Assembly: GCA_001179505.1 (NCBI GenBank)
Contig: CDMY01000318.1
Span: forward strand, 1 to 64,000
DNA: 64,000 bases
Reading direction: 5' to 3'
Source: Vitrella brassicaformis CCMP3155
Lineage: Eukaryota; Protista; Chromerida
Shown here: in pieces, positions 1 through 10,289 of the stretch
How positions within the stretch are numbered: position 1 is the first letter of the stretch
Layout: every line of letters begins with the position of its first letter
Made by a program: the position numbers and the translations under genes
The notes under the pieces: generated by a model
The model's input: only the letters and a program-made list of their open reading frames with translations
What the model was told of the DNA's origin: nothing
Database searches by the model: none

Positions 1-124
1 AGAACTGCGCAAGCAGAGGCAGCGAGGGGCGAGAGGAAGAACAGCAAAGAAAAGCCAGGCAGCATCGCAGAGCGTTGGGCAACGGTCACACAAAACAACG
101 CACACAAAGCTCGCCAACTCAACA

Positions 125-317
125 CAGTTTTCCACTGCAGATCACCAGTTTTCCAGTGCAGGTGGCCAGTTTTCCACTCAGGGCCTCAGTTTTCCACGTG
201 GGAGTGCCAGTTTTTCAAGCAGGTGGTCAGTTTTCCACTGCAGATCACCAGTTTTCCGGGCCCCTGGCTCAGTTTTCCGCATGGGGCCCCGGTTTTCCGC
301 ACAGAACACAGTTTCCC
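125..317. repeat. Degenerate tandem array: 10 units of a CAGTTTTCC core plus a 10-12 bp variable linker, period about 20-21 bp
   Basis: Cores start at 125,146,167,187,208,228,249,270,290,309. Units 1 and 6 are identical (CAGTTTTCCACTGCAGATCAC). Confidence 0.9.
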
Positions 318-1384
318 ACCCCCCTCGGTCAGTCTTCTGGCAATGTACCGCTTGTAGTGCTTGTCCTTTTTGTCTTTTTTCTCGCCGTCTCGTTCTCGAC
401 GGGCGAGCTTAGAGTGCGAGCTGCTTCTCGATCCTTGAAACGAGCGCAACAACATTACGTGACCTCGGCTGCCAGGTCCAGTAGCTGTCACAGTGATAGA
501 GTCACAGCCATTTGCAATGCCAGCGACGAGTGCCCCCATCGCCGAGACGTGAGACTGGGGCGAGACTGGACCGAGCCCGCACTTGATTTTCGTTTCTGAC
601 CGTGCTATTCCCCCCTCCCGCCTCTGTTCCACCCCCAAACAAGATGACCACATCGGCCGATGAGCCTCGGGACGGCCACGCCTTCGTGTCGGGCGAGTTC
701 GCCTTCGTCTGGAACAACCCTCTCGGCAAGGGTGGCTTCGCCCAGGTGTTCTGGGTTCTGCACAAGGCCGCCGAGTACGCCAATCGGGCTGTCAAGGTCT
801 GCTCAGCACCGAAGGGCGAGGACCAGCCGCACGACGAGGAGGAAGACGGAGCACCGGCCGAGGGAAAGTGTAACGAAATCGCATTCTTCGAGCTCATGGT
901 GCAGCGGGCGAAGGCCATCGCCACGGCAGCTGGGCATCCGGGCATCCGGAAGGCGACTTTCCCTCCTTCTGGCACCCGAATATGGTGCAATACTACGGCC
1001 ATCGCATGCCAGCCGACCCAGCCGCAATGAGCTTTGGAGATATGTACATGATCTTGGAGTTCCTCAGGAAGCCGTACGAGACGTTGGGTGCCTTCATGGG
1101 TGAAGGGTCATCCCTCCTCACTCTCACCCTCACCAACCTGCAGCTCAAGGCGGCGACATACCAGCTGCTCAAGGCTCTGCTCGCCCTTCATGAGCAGGCG
1201 GCCGCCCATCGTGATCTCCAGCCAAGGAATATCATGATGGACGCCAAAAGAGTGGCGACAGGGCCAGGTGCGCTGAAGCTCCTCGATTTCGGGCTGGCCA
1301 GTCACCCCCCGCCCTCGGGCAAGGACTGGCGGAAGGAGTTGAAGGAGCTGGTCTTTGGCACTCCGGGTGGGTGAGGAGACCTTG

Positions 1385-1494
1385 GCAGGCAGGCAGGCAG
1401 GCAGGCAGGCAGGCGCAGCGACGCGATCTGAATCTTGTGTGTCTGTGTGTCTGTGTGTGTGTCTGTGTGTGTGTCTGTGTGTGTGTCTGTGTGT
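1385..1494. repeat. Example intronic microsatellites, (CAGG)n then (GT/CTGT)n. Similar tracts fill most introns in the window
   Basis: ggcaggcaggcagg... and gtgtctgtgtgtgtgtctgtgt... lie inside the kinase intron 1367-1497. Confidence 0.95.
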
Positions 1495-2131
1495 CAGGAT
1501 ATTGGACACCGGAGGCGGTGCTGATTCAAAGGCTGCTCCACATCAATGAGGATGCAGGTAACACACGGCACCACTCTCCCACAACAGGCAGATACACGAA
1601 ATACAGACATGCACTCTGTTCGTTTGTATGTGTGCGTTGTCTTCCGTTAGACCTAAGTGGCCTGCCGCTCATCCACCCCAGTCAGCACGACGTGTTCCAG
1701 GCCGGGGTGCTGCTTTTGGAGCTGCACTTGTGCCGACGGCTGTTCAGGGTGCCCTGCACTTATGTCGAGGGCAACATGAGTGAGGAGGAGGTGTTCAAGT
1801 ACTACACAGAGATATACACTGACTTCCTGGGCTGCCCGGGAGAGGGAGACATGGCCAACATGCCGGCGGTGTGGGCCAGCAATACCGAGAAATTCTCTTT
1901 GGAGCGGACCAAGGAGAAGATACGCGCCGAGGCCCACGGCACCATGGCGGAGGACGCCATTGACCTGTGCGCAAGGTGAGGTGAATTAAAAGCTGCATGG
2001 AAAGGCACTGACTGGTGTGTGTCATTTATTTTGTGGCAACAAATGGCTGTCAGGATGATCAGCTACGCCCCACACCGCCCTTCCATAGCCGAGCTGCTGC
2101 AGCACCCATACATGAAGGACCCGGCCCTTCA

Positions 2132-2955
2132 GACGCTGAAGGACGCCTACTCCGCTGCCGAGCGCGGACCGTCCCCTCTCTCGCCGTGCCCCGCCGCCCC
2201 TGCTGCGCATCCACAGCTGTCAGACGACATGGACGAGGAGAGTGGCCCGTCGAGGTATCGCAGGGTCAAGAACCCAGGCGACAGGGTATGGAGGCATTGA
2301 GGAAGAAAAGACAAACACAGGACAGCTGTAGGTATATTCCATCTCTGTGTGGTTGTGTTTGTGTCGGTCGATCAGGGTGCCTTGCTGCTTGCGCGGGATC
2401 GGCCGTCCAACCATCCCCCGACTGCTGACAACGATGAGGAGGAAGGGCCGCGACGATATCGCAGAGTCAAGGGGTGGGCGCCACCTGGCCTGATGCCGCC
2501 ACCACCCACTTCGCCCCCACCCATCGCCCCTCCGCTCGGCGTGACGCTGAAGGACGCCTACTCCGCCGCCGAGCGCGGACCGTCTCTTCTCTCGCCGTGC
2601 CCCGCCGCCCCTGCTGCGCATCCACAGCTGTCAGACGACATGGACGAGGAGAGTGGCCCGTCGAGGTATCGCAGGGTCAAGAACCCAGGCGACAGGGTAT
2701 GGAGGCATTGAGGAAGAAAAGACAAACACAGGACAGCTGTAGGTATATTCCATCTCTGTGTTGTTGTGTTTGTGTCGGTCGATCAGGGTGCCTTGCTGCT
2801 TGCGCGGGATCGGCCGTCCAACCATTCCCCGACCGCTGACGACGATGAGGAGGAAGGGCCGCGACGATATCGCAGAGTCAAGGGGTGGGCGCCACCTGGC
2901 CTGATGCCGCCACCACCCACTTCGCCCCCACCCATCGCCCCTCCGCTCGGCGTGA
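2132..2955 (+). repeat. 411-bp near-perfect intragenic tandem duplication (321 bp exonic plus a 90-bp intron)
   Basis: GACGCTGAAGGACGCCTACTCCGC occurs at 2132 and 2543. Both copies include the same intron, and the peptide TLKDAYSAAERGPS...PPIAPPLG is repeated. Confidence 0.95.
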
Positions 2956-3668
2956 GGGATGACAGACCCAAGCCTGACAAGGCGAGAAGCAAAACCAAGA
3001 GGGCAGGAGCCGAGCTGGTCGAAGAAGAGCGCCCACCAAAGAAGAGCCGCAAATCAGCAGGTGTGCCTCCCTCCATACCAAAGTGATGCACTCCCCTGCA
3101 CTCGCTGTGCTCTTGATTCATTCAGCCGACAATGAGCATGAGAAGGGCGACCACATGGTGGATGCGAAGCAAGAGCAAGAACAAGATCATGATGTCAAGA
3201 TGGAGGATGAGAATGGGGAGGTGAAGCAGGAAGAGCATGACGGGGGTGGTGCTGGCGATCGTATGGAGGTGGAGCCACCGCACCAGCACAAGACAAGGAG
3301 GAGGCGCCGCGACGAGGCGGCCATGCTGAAGTCATCCTTTGGCGGCAGCGGCTACTGGTCCAAAGAGCTCACCAAGGATGACACTGCGGGGCGCGGGTGG
3401 TACCGCCTGCGAAAACGCAAATGCAAATGATACAGCGTGACGCTGCAGTGCGGAGGGGGTGCGGTGCATGCGTGTGTGTGCGTGTGTGTGCGTGTTTGTC
3501 TGTGTGTATCGTGATGCCAGTGTTCTTGTGAGGCGGGCTGTGTATGGATGGATGGATCGGCTGGCTGCTTGTACGGTGGGCTGTGTTGCTGGATGTACAC
3601 ATCGACCGCTTTCTCTGGCCATCGTGATGCGTCTCCGTTTGGCTGGCTGTGCAGTGCATTGTGCAATT

Positions 3669-3890
3669 CACCCGCACACCACACCACACCACACCACCTC
3701 TGCCAGCACTAGCTAGTTGCCCCATTGCCGCTCTGTCTGACCTTTGGCCGCTCTTTGACTGAGCTTGAGGATGTAGAGGGGCAGTGATGGGATAACTAGT
3801 GGGTGCTGGGAGGGGGAGGGATGGTGTGTGTGGCCTGGGTGGGATGTGTGTGAGTGGACGGACAGACTAACCGACAAGACAAACAGACAG
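3669..3890 (+). repeat. Left part of a dispersed non-coding element (intact copies at about 43130-43630 minus and 58581-59177 plus)
   Basis: CACCACCTCTGCCAGCAC...GACCTTTGGCCGCTCTTTGACTGAGCTTGAGGA...GGACAGACTAACCGACAAGACA is shared with the copy starting at 58581 and, reverse-complemented, with 43420-43620. Confidence 0.9.
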
Positions 3891-5430
3891 AGAGGTGTAC
3901 ACTAGCTAGTTATGCAAGACCAACAACAGAGACACATAAGAGACACTCGTGAGTGACGCGACTTCGATGAAGGACCACTTCCAAGGTGAGGTTGCGCCTG
4001 GCTGGTGCACTGCTGCGTGAGAGCTGCCGGTTGGAGTCGGCTGGGGGGTGGGAGATTGCGAATCAAAGTTGAGGGCATTACAAACACGAAACAGACGAGT
4101 CACCGCCGTCTCACATCCATCCATCCATGCCCACACACACACACACACACACACACGCAGAGAGATAGCAAGAAACGTGTGAGCGTCTTTCTTTGAAGCA
4201 AGTTGCCGAGACGTGGGATATCACAGACTGACAGATCAACTGTGGCATTGCCCGCCAGAGCATCACATCAGGCCGGCCATCGATCATGCGGGCACCCCTT
4301 GAAACACAAACACACCCATTTCGTTCTGAAAGGGACAGGCATCCCATTTCGGAATGAGGGCCCGTCTCGCGTGGGACCCGTCTCAGACAATGCTTCCAAT
4401 TGTGATCGTGTGTTGTGTGTGGCCAGGAGACTCACACACACAGTCCCTATGTTGAGTGAGACTTATGAAGAGTGAGGGCGAATGCCGCTAGAATCTGATT
4501 GAGCGAAGTGTTTCTTTGTCACACACTGTCAGAGTGGCTCGTTACATGCCTTAGTTACACAGATACATAAATGGCACAAGTCGACGTCACATATGTATGT
4601 TCGATCATATACAAGCAGCTGTCACGCAACGAGTGGACGCATTGCATTGGATGGCTGTCTTTTCCATCCTTCTGTCTGTCTATCCTTCTCTCCTTAGTGA
4701 CTGCATGGCTAGTGCGAGCAGAGAGGTCGGCACAGACAGACAGACAGACAGACAGCACACGCTATCCATGTACGTGTCTCCATTTCTTCGTCAGCTACAC
4801 ATGTGCAAGAGAGCATTCACTGTCGCTGTACTGTACGCCACAAAGCCCATGACACGATAAGAGCACGTACGCACCCTCAAAATGTCGTCGTTATGCATAC
4901 AAATGAATAGGCAAACGAGCCAAGGAGTCAACTATATCGGCAATGAAGGAGAGACCATAAAGTGCTACGCATCTATGTGCGCGTCGTATAGAATGGTGAG
5001 AAAAATCAGTATGTCTCCGACATCGCAATCGAGACAAATAGGCTAGACAGACAGACAACCGTGGGCAAATGCACTACGTATACCGTCTACACCGATAAAC
5101 AAGCTGGCCCGCCTACCTGCCTATCGACACAGTAGCACCCAATGAATAGGGATGAAAGAAGAAAGCGCACACATGAGATAAAGAACAACCAGGAAGGACG
5201 GCCATGCACATGACATGCCTGGACGGAAAGAAAATTCGTCCGTGCATGACATTGACATGCATCGCATCGCATCACATAGGCAGACATGAATGCGAATATT
5301 GACCATGCTGCCAGCCTGGGCTACCCACACTCTCAACAAACTTCTCCCCGCAGGGACGATAAGCCACCCATCCCCGCCAGGCCCCGCTCTCATCGATCGA
5401 TGGCGGGCCCCTCGCGTGTCGTCCGCTCCC

Positions 5431-6742
5431 TTAGTTGCCAGTCACGTGCACGGGGCAGGTCTTGCTGACCACCTGGCCTCCGTTTCGGAACTTGAACAAC
5501 ACCGGCACGATGGTCTCCTGCAACAAAGCAAATCCACACCACCAAATGACTATGGTCTTCAATGATGTCGTTTCCTTTCTCTCTTTGTCACCTGCTTCTG
5601 GGCCTGTCCCACATGGTCGCGCACCAGCTTGACGGTCTGCGAGTTGAGGTCGTCCTTGATGGCCACGCCCTTGTTCCCTCCCTTGGGGCCGTGCAGCATC
5701 GCAAAGTCAGTCGGGACCCCCACGTACGACGCACGCCAGCCACGCCCACCGCCAGCCACACGCGCGAACTCGCTGCACACATGTGAATGAGGCGAACCAC
5801 GGACTCATCGACCACTTTGCACGCACGCCTTCTGGCTGGGTTTCTTCCTTTCTTCCGCGCCTTACGTGATGAGCTTTGGCGAGCCGCTGCCCAAGTGGCC
5901 GCCGAGGCACTTGACACGTCCAGCGGTCCCCCCAGCGGTCTCAGGAGCGTCGATGTCCTCCGAAGGGGCGTCGATGGGGCCTTCGATGGTGGTGCAGCTG
6001 ACGGTCACCTGGCACGGGCCGACATCCACTCCGCCGACCGTATACGTCACCTCGTAGGTAATATTCTGCACCCACGCAGGAACCGAACCAGACAGCCCGC
6101 CCGCCCATTGCCTTTGACAGCCCGCCCGCCCATTGCCTTGTTTGTAAGTCAATCCATACAGGTAAGTAGGTCCCTACCGTGTCTAGCGGCGCGCCTGCCA
6201 GGCAGACGAGCTGCAGGGACTGGGTGTCGCTCGAGGCCTGGCAGTAGACAAACAATACAGATGTAGACACAACCGCAGGTAGAGACTGTGTTTGAGCCTA
6301 CCGTGAGGTAGACAAACTTGGTAGTGTTCTCAGGCAGGTCACCCAGCACGATTTCAGTCAGTATGGTGGTCACATTTGCCTCGTCGGGAGCAGTCAGGTA
6401 CGTCCTGCGTGCCATGCGATCAAAGGGACAGAAGCACAAGACACATGAGACCGTGCAGTGTGCTGCTTGCAATTGACTCACGGGATGACTTCCTCTGTGG
6501 TGACGTTGCAGTAGTTGGTGGTGATGGTGGGGGGGGCCGTCGTCGGGCACGCGGCCTGCTTCCGTCCTGCCAAAGAGCCATTACACAACACAACAGAACA
6601 CATCCGATATCATTCGTTCAATCTTCCCTCCGAATCATGCTGCCACCGTACCTTCGCCACGTGCAGCCGCCGCACCGGCACCGCAGAGCACAATGGCGAG
6701 AGCGACAATGGTGGAGGCGGGAACAATGCCGAGGCGCATCAT
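5431..6742 (-). CDS. Secreted hypothetical protein, multi-exon, beta-strand-rich
   Basis: Signal-like exon MMRLGIVPASTIVALAIVLCGAGAAAARGE. Phase-compatible exons RKQAACPTTAPPTITTNYC.., TYLTAPDEANVTT.., then ..VQNITYEVTYTVGGVDVGPCQVTVS.. and a last exon ETIVPVLFKFRNGGQVVSKTCPVHVTGN* (TAA at 5431-5433). Confidence 0.7.
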
Positions 6743-7030
6743 TGTCACGACAGAAGGGCGAGGGGAAAGGGGAGGAGCTCGAGAAGAAAGCACAAGAACT
6801 GTGAAGGAGGGAGAAGCAGGAAGAAGGCCTTTTGAGAACGAAGCAAGCCTTTGAAGCTTCTGTCGACCGAAGTCTGCCGTTGCCAACGGCTTTGCGGTTG
6901 CAACCGGCTTCAAGCTGCGGTTGCAACCGCCTCTCACCGTTGGAGAACAGCGGAGCGAAGTGGCGCCTCCTCGCTTCGTCCTCTCCCGCAATTGCTCTCC
7001 CGCCTCCCCTCCGTCCCTTTCGCTGCCATC

Positions 7031-8954
7031 ATGATGGGAAGATTGTCGCCTTGTCTCGCTTTGGTGCTCCTCGCCTCCTCAGGTGGACACACACACAACA
7101 ACACGCCACAGCTAGGCGCTGCACACCCACATATGTGCATATGCTTGCTGCCTGTCTGGCTGGATGTCATGTGTCGTGCCAGCCTTGCTGCCCGAGGCCT
7201 CGGCCGCCACTTCTGCGGCCGCCGCTGGCACTGGTAAAGGCCAGCCGCCGCCCAGCGAGTCGAAGCAGCCTGACGTGTCCTCCTTGTGCGACTGCTCGAC
7301 CTTCACCAGCCGCCACCTCCACGACACCTCCGCCCCCAAGAGATCACCCAAGTGGTTCGTCGCTTCTGAGTCGCCCGTGTGTGCGACGAGCCACATGGAT
7401 GAGGTCATCGACGGCATCACCTTCGCCTCGCCCTGCCTCGCGCTGTGCCAGCAGCAGCATATCCGCCACCGGGGCAGCTGTGAGGACATCGACAATGGGG
7501 CCTTCAAGCTGTCGGAGGACTTCTCCTTCGCCAGCCTCGCTGACATCCGCAAGTCCAAGGCCAAAGACCGGCAGCTGACGCCGGCGGTCGTCCATCGCTT
7601 CCGCTCTGACGGCTACGTGTTCGTCGGGCGCATCACCGGGGGGACGGAGCCGCAAGACCTGGCTGACGAGGGTGATGACGAGAAGAACGAGGAGCCGGAG
7701 CCTCGCAAGTATCGGAGCGTGAGGATTGTGCCGGGGGGTGACACCTACGCTCGTTTGCTGGCCAGCACCGACGAGGAGGTGCGCCAGAGGCTCATGGACA
7801 AGGGACTGCACGACGAAGACCAAGGTGGGTCAGCAGGCAGGCAGGCCGCCCGCATCCATATACCTTGATTGCTTGAGGTATTCTCTCTGGTGACTCCCTG
7901 CCTTGTTTGCTTCCCAGGCATCCGTGAGGGCAATGCGTCGCTGCCGACCAACTGGGCGGTGAGGCCCAAGAGCGCCCCCGACAGTGACTTCTCTCAAGGT
8001 GCCAGCAACATGACGACCGACGCTCGAGAGCCGAAGTGTGTGGTGGGCCCCGAAAGCCGCACCATCGGATCGGTGCAGACGGACTATCCCTGGAGCACCT
8101 GGGGCTACTTGGCCATTTCTACGCCGAACGGTCGCAGGCGCTGCACCGGCCTAGTTGCGGGCAGCTTTATTACAGGCATGACCGCCGCCAGCTGCTTCAC
8201 CAACCGCAGGCGGGGTGGCGGCAACGTGGAGGTGGACTGGGTAAGTAATTCAGTCAGTCAGTAAGACAGAGAAGACGGACCACCGACCATCCATCCGAAT
8301 GGAGCGCTGCTTGTCTGGTCTTTGCTTGTCTGCTGGTATGGACGTGCTGATTGATGCAGAGAGCGAGGTTCTGCCCCGGGCAGAGCGGCCGCTTCAGGCG
8401 TCCGTACGGCTGCGTTGTCGTCGTCTTCATTACGATTAACGCCAGATGGCTCAGCAATCGCAGGCGGCGGAGCAGCAACGATTGGGCTGTCATGACCTTC
8501 CAGAATTCCATCGGCTTCAGGACCGGCTATGTGCCGATTGGAAGCGCCTGCACGCGGGGCAGAAGGAGCGAGATCAACGTGTGGATGCTCTCCTACCCGC
8601 AGCTCCCCTTCGGCCGAGACCGCCTCCGAGTCTATTACGAGAATCGAGGTAGGTGGGCAGGCAGGCACACTTGATCATTAATGCGTGCCTTTCTCAATTA
8701 ACTGTGTGCTCGTACCAACAGATGACTTCGACTTCCGATGCCGGCGGAGCGCGAGACACAATTTCGACACGAATACCTTCGGATCATCCGGCTCCGGCAT
8801 GGTCGAGTACCGCAACGGCTACTGGTGGCTGCGGGCGGTGCACAACAAGGAGGTCGTCCGCCGCGGCCGATGCCGATTCAACGAGGCTGCCAAGATGACC
8901 GGCAGAAATTCGGACGAGGTGAAATTCATCATCTCAGAGCAGCAGCCGGAGTGA
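7031..8954 (+). CDS. Secreted Kazal domain plus V8/glutamyl-endopeptidase-like (trypsin-fold) protein, catalytic His replaced by Ser
   Basis: Signal MMGRLSPCLALVLLASS. Kazal-like PVCA..DGITFASPCLALCQ..HRGSC. Protease-like CVVGPESR..YPWSTWGYL..CTG..TAASC, PYG, NDWAVM, IGFRTGY, DTNTFGSSGSG. Confidence 0.75.
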
Positions 8955-10289
8955 TGCATATGAGTGAGTGATGGACGCATATGGGCGGGCGGGCGGGGGG
9001 ACGGGCAGCCGGTGGGCAGCCAGTGTGCGTGTGAGAGGGGCGATGTCCAGATGTCCAGACAGGCCAAGTTTTTCCTTGCTTTTGTCTCGTATATATACTG
9101 AGCCCCCATGCATTGACTGACATCTGTACTTGCCTTCTCTGTCAGCGAGAGACGAGACCCTTTGTGTGTGGCTGGCTGCTGTGCTGTCCTGTGCTGTCGT
9201 GTCTGTGCTGCGGCTGACGGACTGACTGACTGACTGATTGCAGCACACGTGTTTGTCTGTGTGGGGAGCGAAAGGGGGACGAACGATTGTCATCGCACGT
9301 ATATACTTTGGTGAGCGGGGGGCTCTGTCTGCCAGAGAGACACCTCCCTATGTCTGGCTGGCTGTCAATTTTGGTGGTTACGGCCTTAATGCCTTGATGA
9401 GATTGGCGGAAGATGGTCTGCTCACCTCTGCTCTGATCCGATGTTGCCTACACGGATGGAGGCGCTGCATGTTCCCGCTCATGCATGCATGCCTGTGATG
9501 GGATGTAATGCAGTGAGAAATTTTCCCTTCACGGCATATGTCATTCATGCGCGGTGGTTTGGCTTCACGGGTAGGTAGACAGATAGGTCGATAGATCCAT
9601 CGCATATAATGTCTGTCTGTCTGTCTAGCCCATTTGTTGTCGCAGATGCGTTTGTATGTATCGGAGACTTGACATTTCTTCGTAGGTTTGTGCAGCCAGG
9701 TAGGTGGTTAGATTGCGACCCATTCATTTGTTCGCGCACACGCTCGTCCATCGGGGGCCCCACTCGTCGCCTATGTCTTCCTTTGTAGATAGTGTGTTTC
9801 TTCGTCATGCATGCACATAAGCCGCCTGACAGTGTATGTCAATTGCTTACTTGCGTCGTCTCTGTAGATACCGGAGACCTGACATCTTATGTGTGCACGC
9901 ATTCTCTCGTATAGAGACACAGCAGTGTGTGTGCTCTGTCCATATTTGTGTGCGTGAGGATCGGATCAAACAAGGCAAACGAACGAACGCACTGACTGGG
10001 ACGTCTAAGCATCGGAAATTGTCATTGAAGCCACCCACACCCTTCCCACGGTGAATTGAAGCCATCAGACCGCTCAAGTGTCACCTGAGCGTGCATCCAT
10101 CCATCCACCCACCATGAACCGTCCATATAAGCAAGGTAGAGCGCCGACTGTGTGGCCAAGCCAACGGGCTGTGCATCAGAGAAAGCAGTGCAATGCAGGC
10201 AGGCAGCAGGCAGGTAAGCCACGTACACACCGCCGGGCGGGCAGACAGAGATAGGATAAGTGGATGGATGGATGGATGGAACCCAGCAC

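Larger units (their letters stand above)
644..3430 (+). pseudogene. Divergent Ser/Thr protein kinase gene, frameshifted by an 8-bp duplication
   Basis: Motifs GKGGFAQV, RAVK, HPNMVQYYG, HRDLQPRN, DFG, GTPG|YWTPE (intron 1367-1497), HDVFQAG, RPSIAELLQHPY. Other GT-AG introns start at 1558, about 1976, 2286, about 2697 and 3061. The frame breaks at the GGGCATCC x2 repeat (932-947). Confidence 0.85.

Noticed and set aside
125-317. CRISPR array
   Set aside because: The core is only 9 bp, the linkers are 10-12 bp and related to each other, the context is eukaryotic, and there are no cas genes.
75-599. 174-aa ORF as a real gene
   Set aside because: It starts at a non-ATG codon and its repeats simply reflect the DNA array. 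No protein motif.
1108-1509. Many HT/CV/TDRQ-repeat ORFs across the window
   Set aside because: They are translations of intronic microsatellites or antisense shadows of GC-rich exons.
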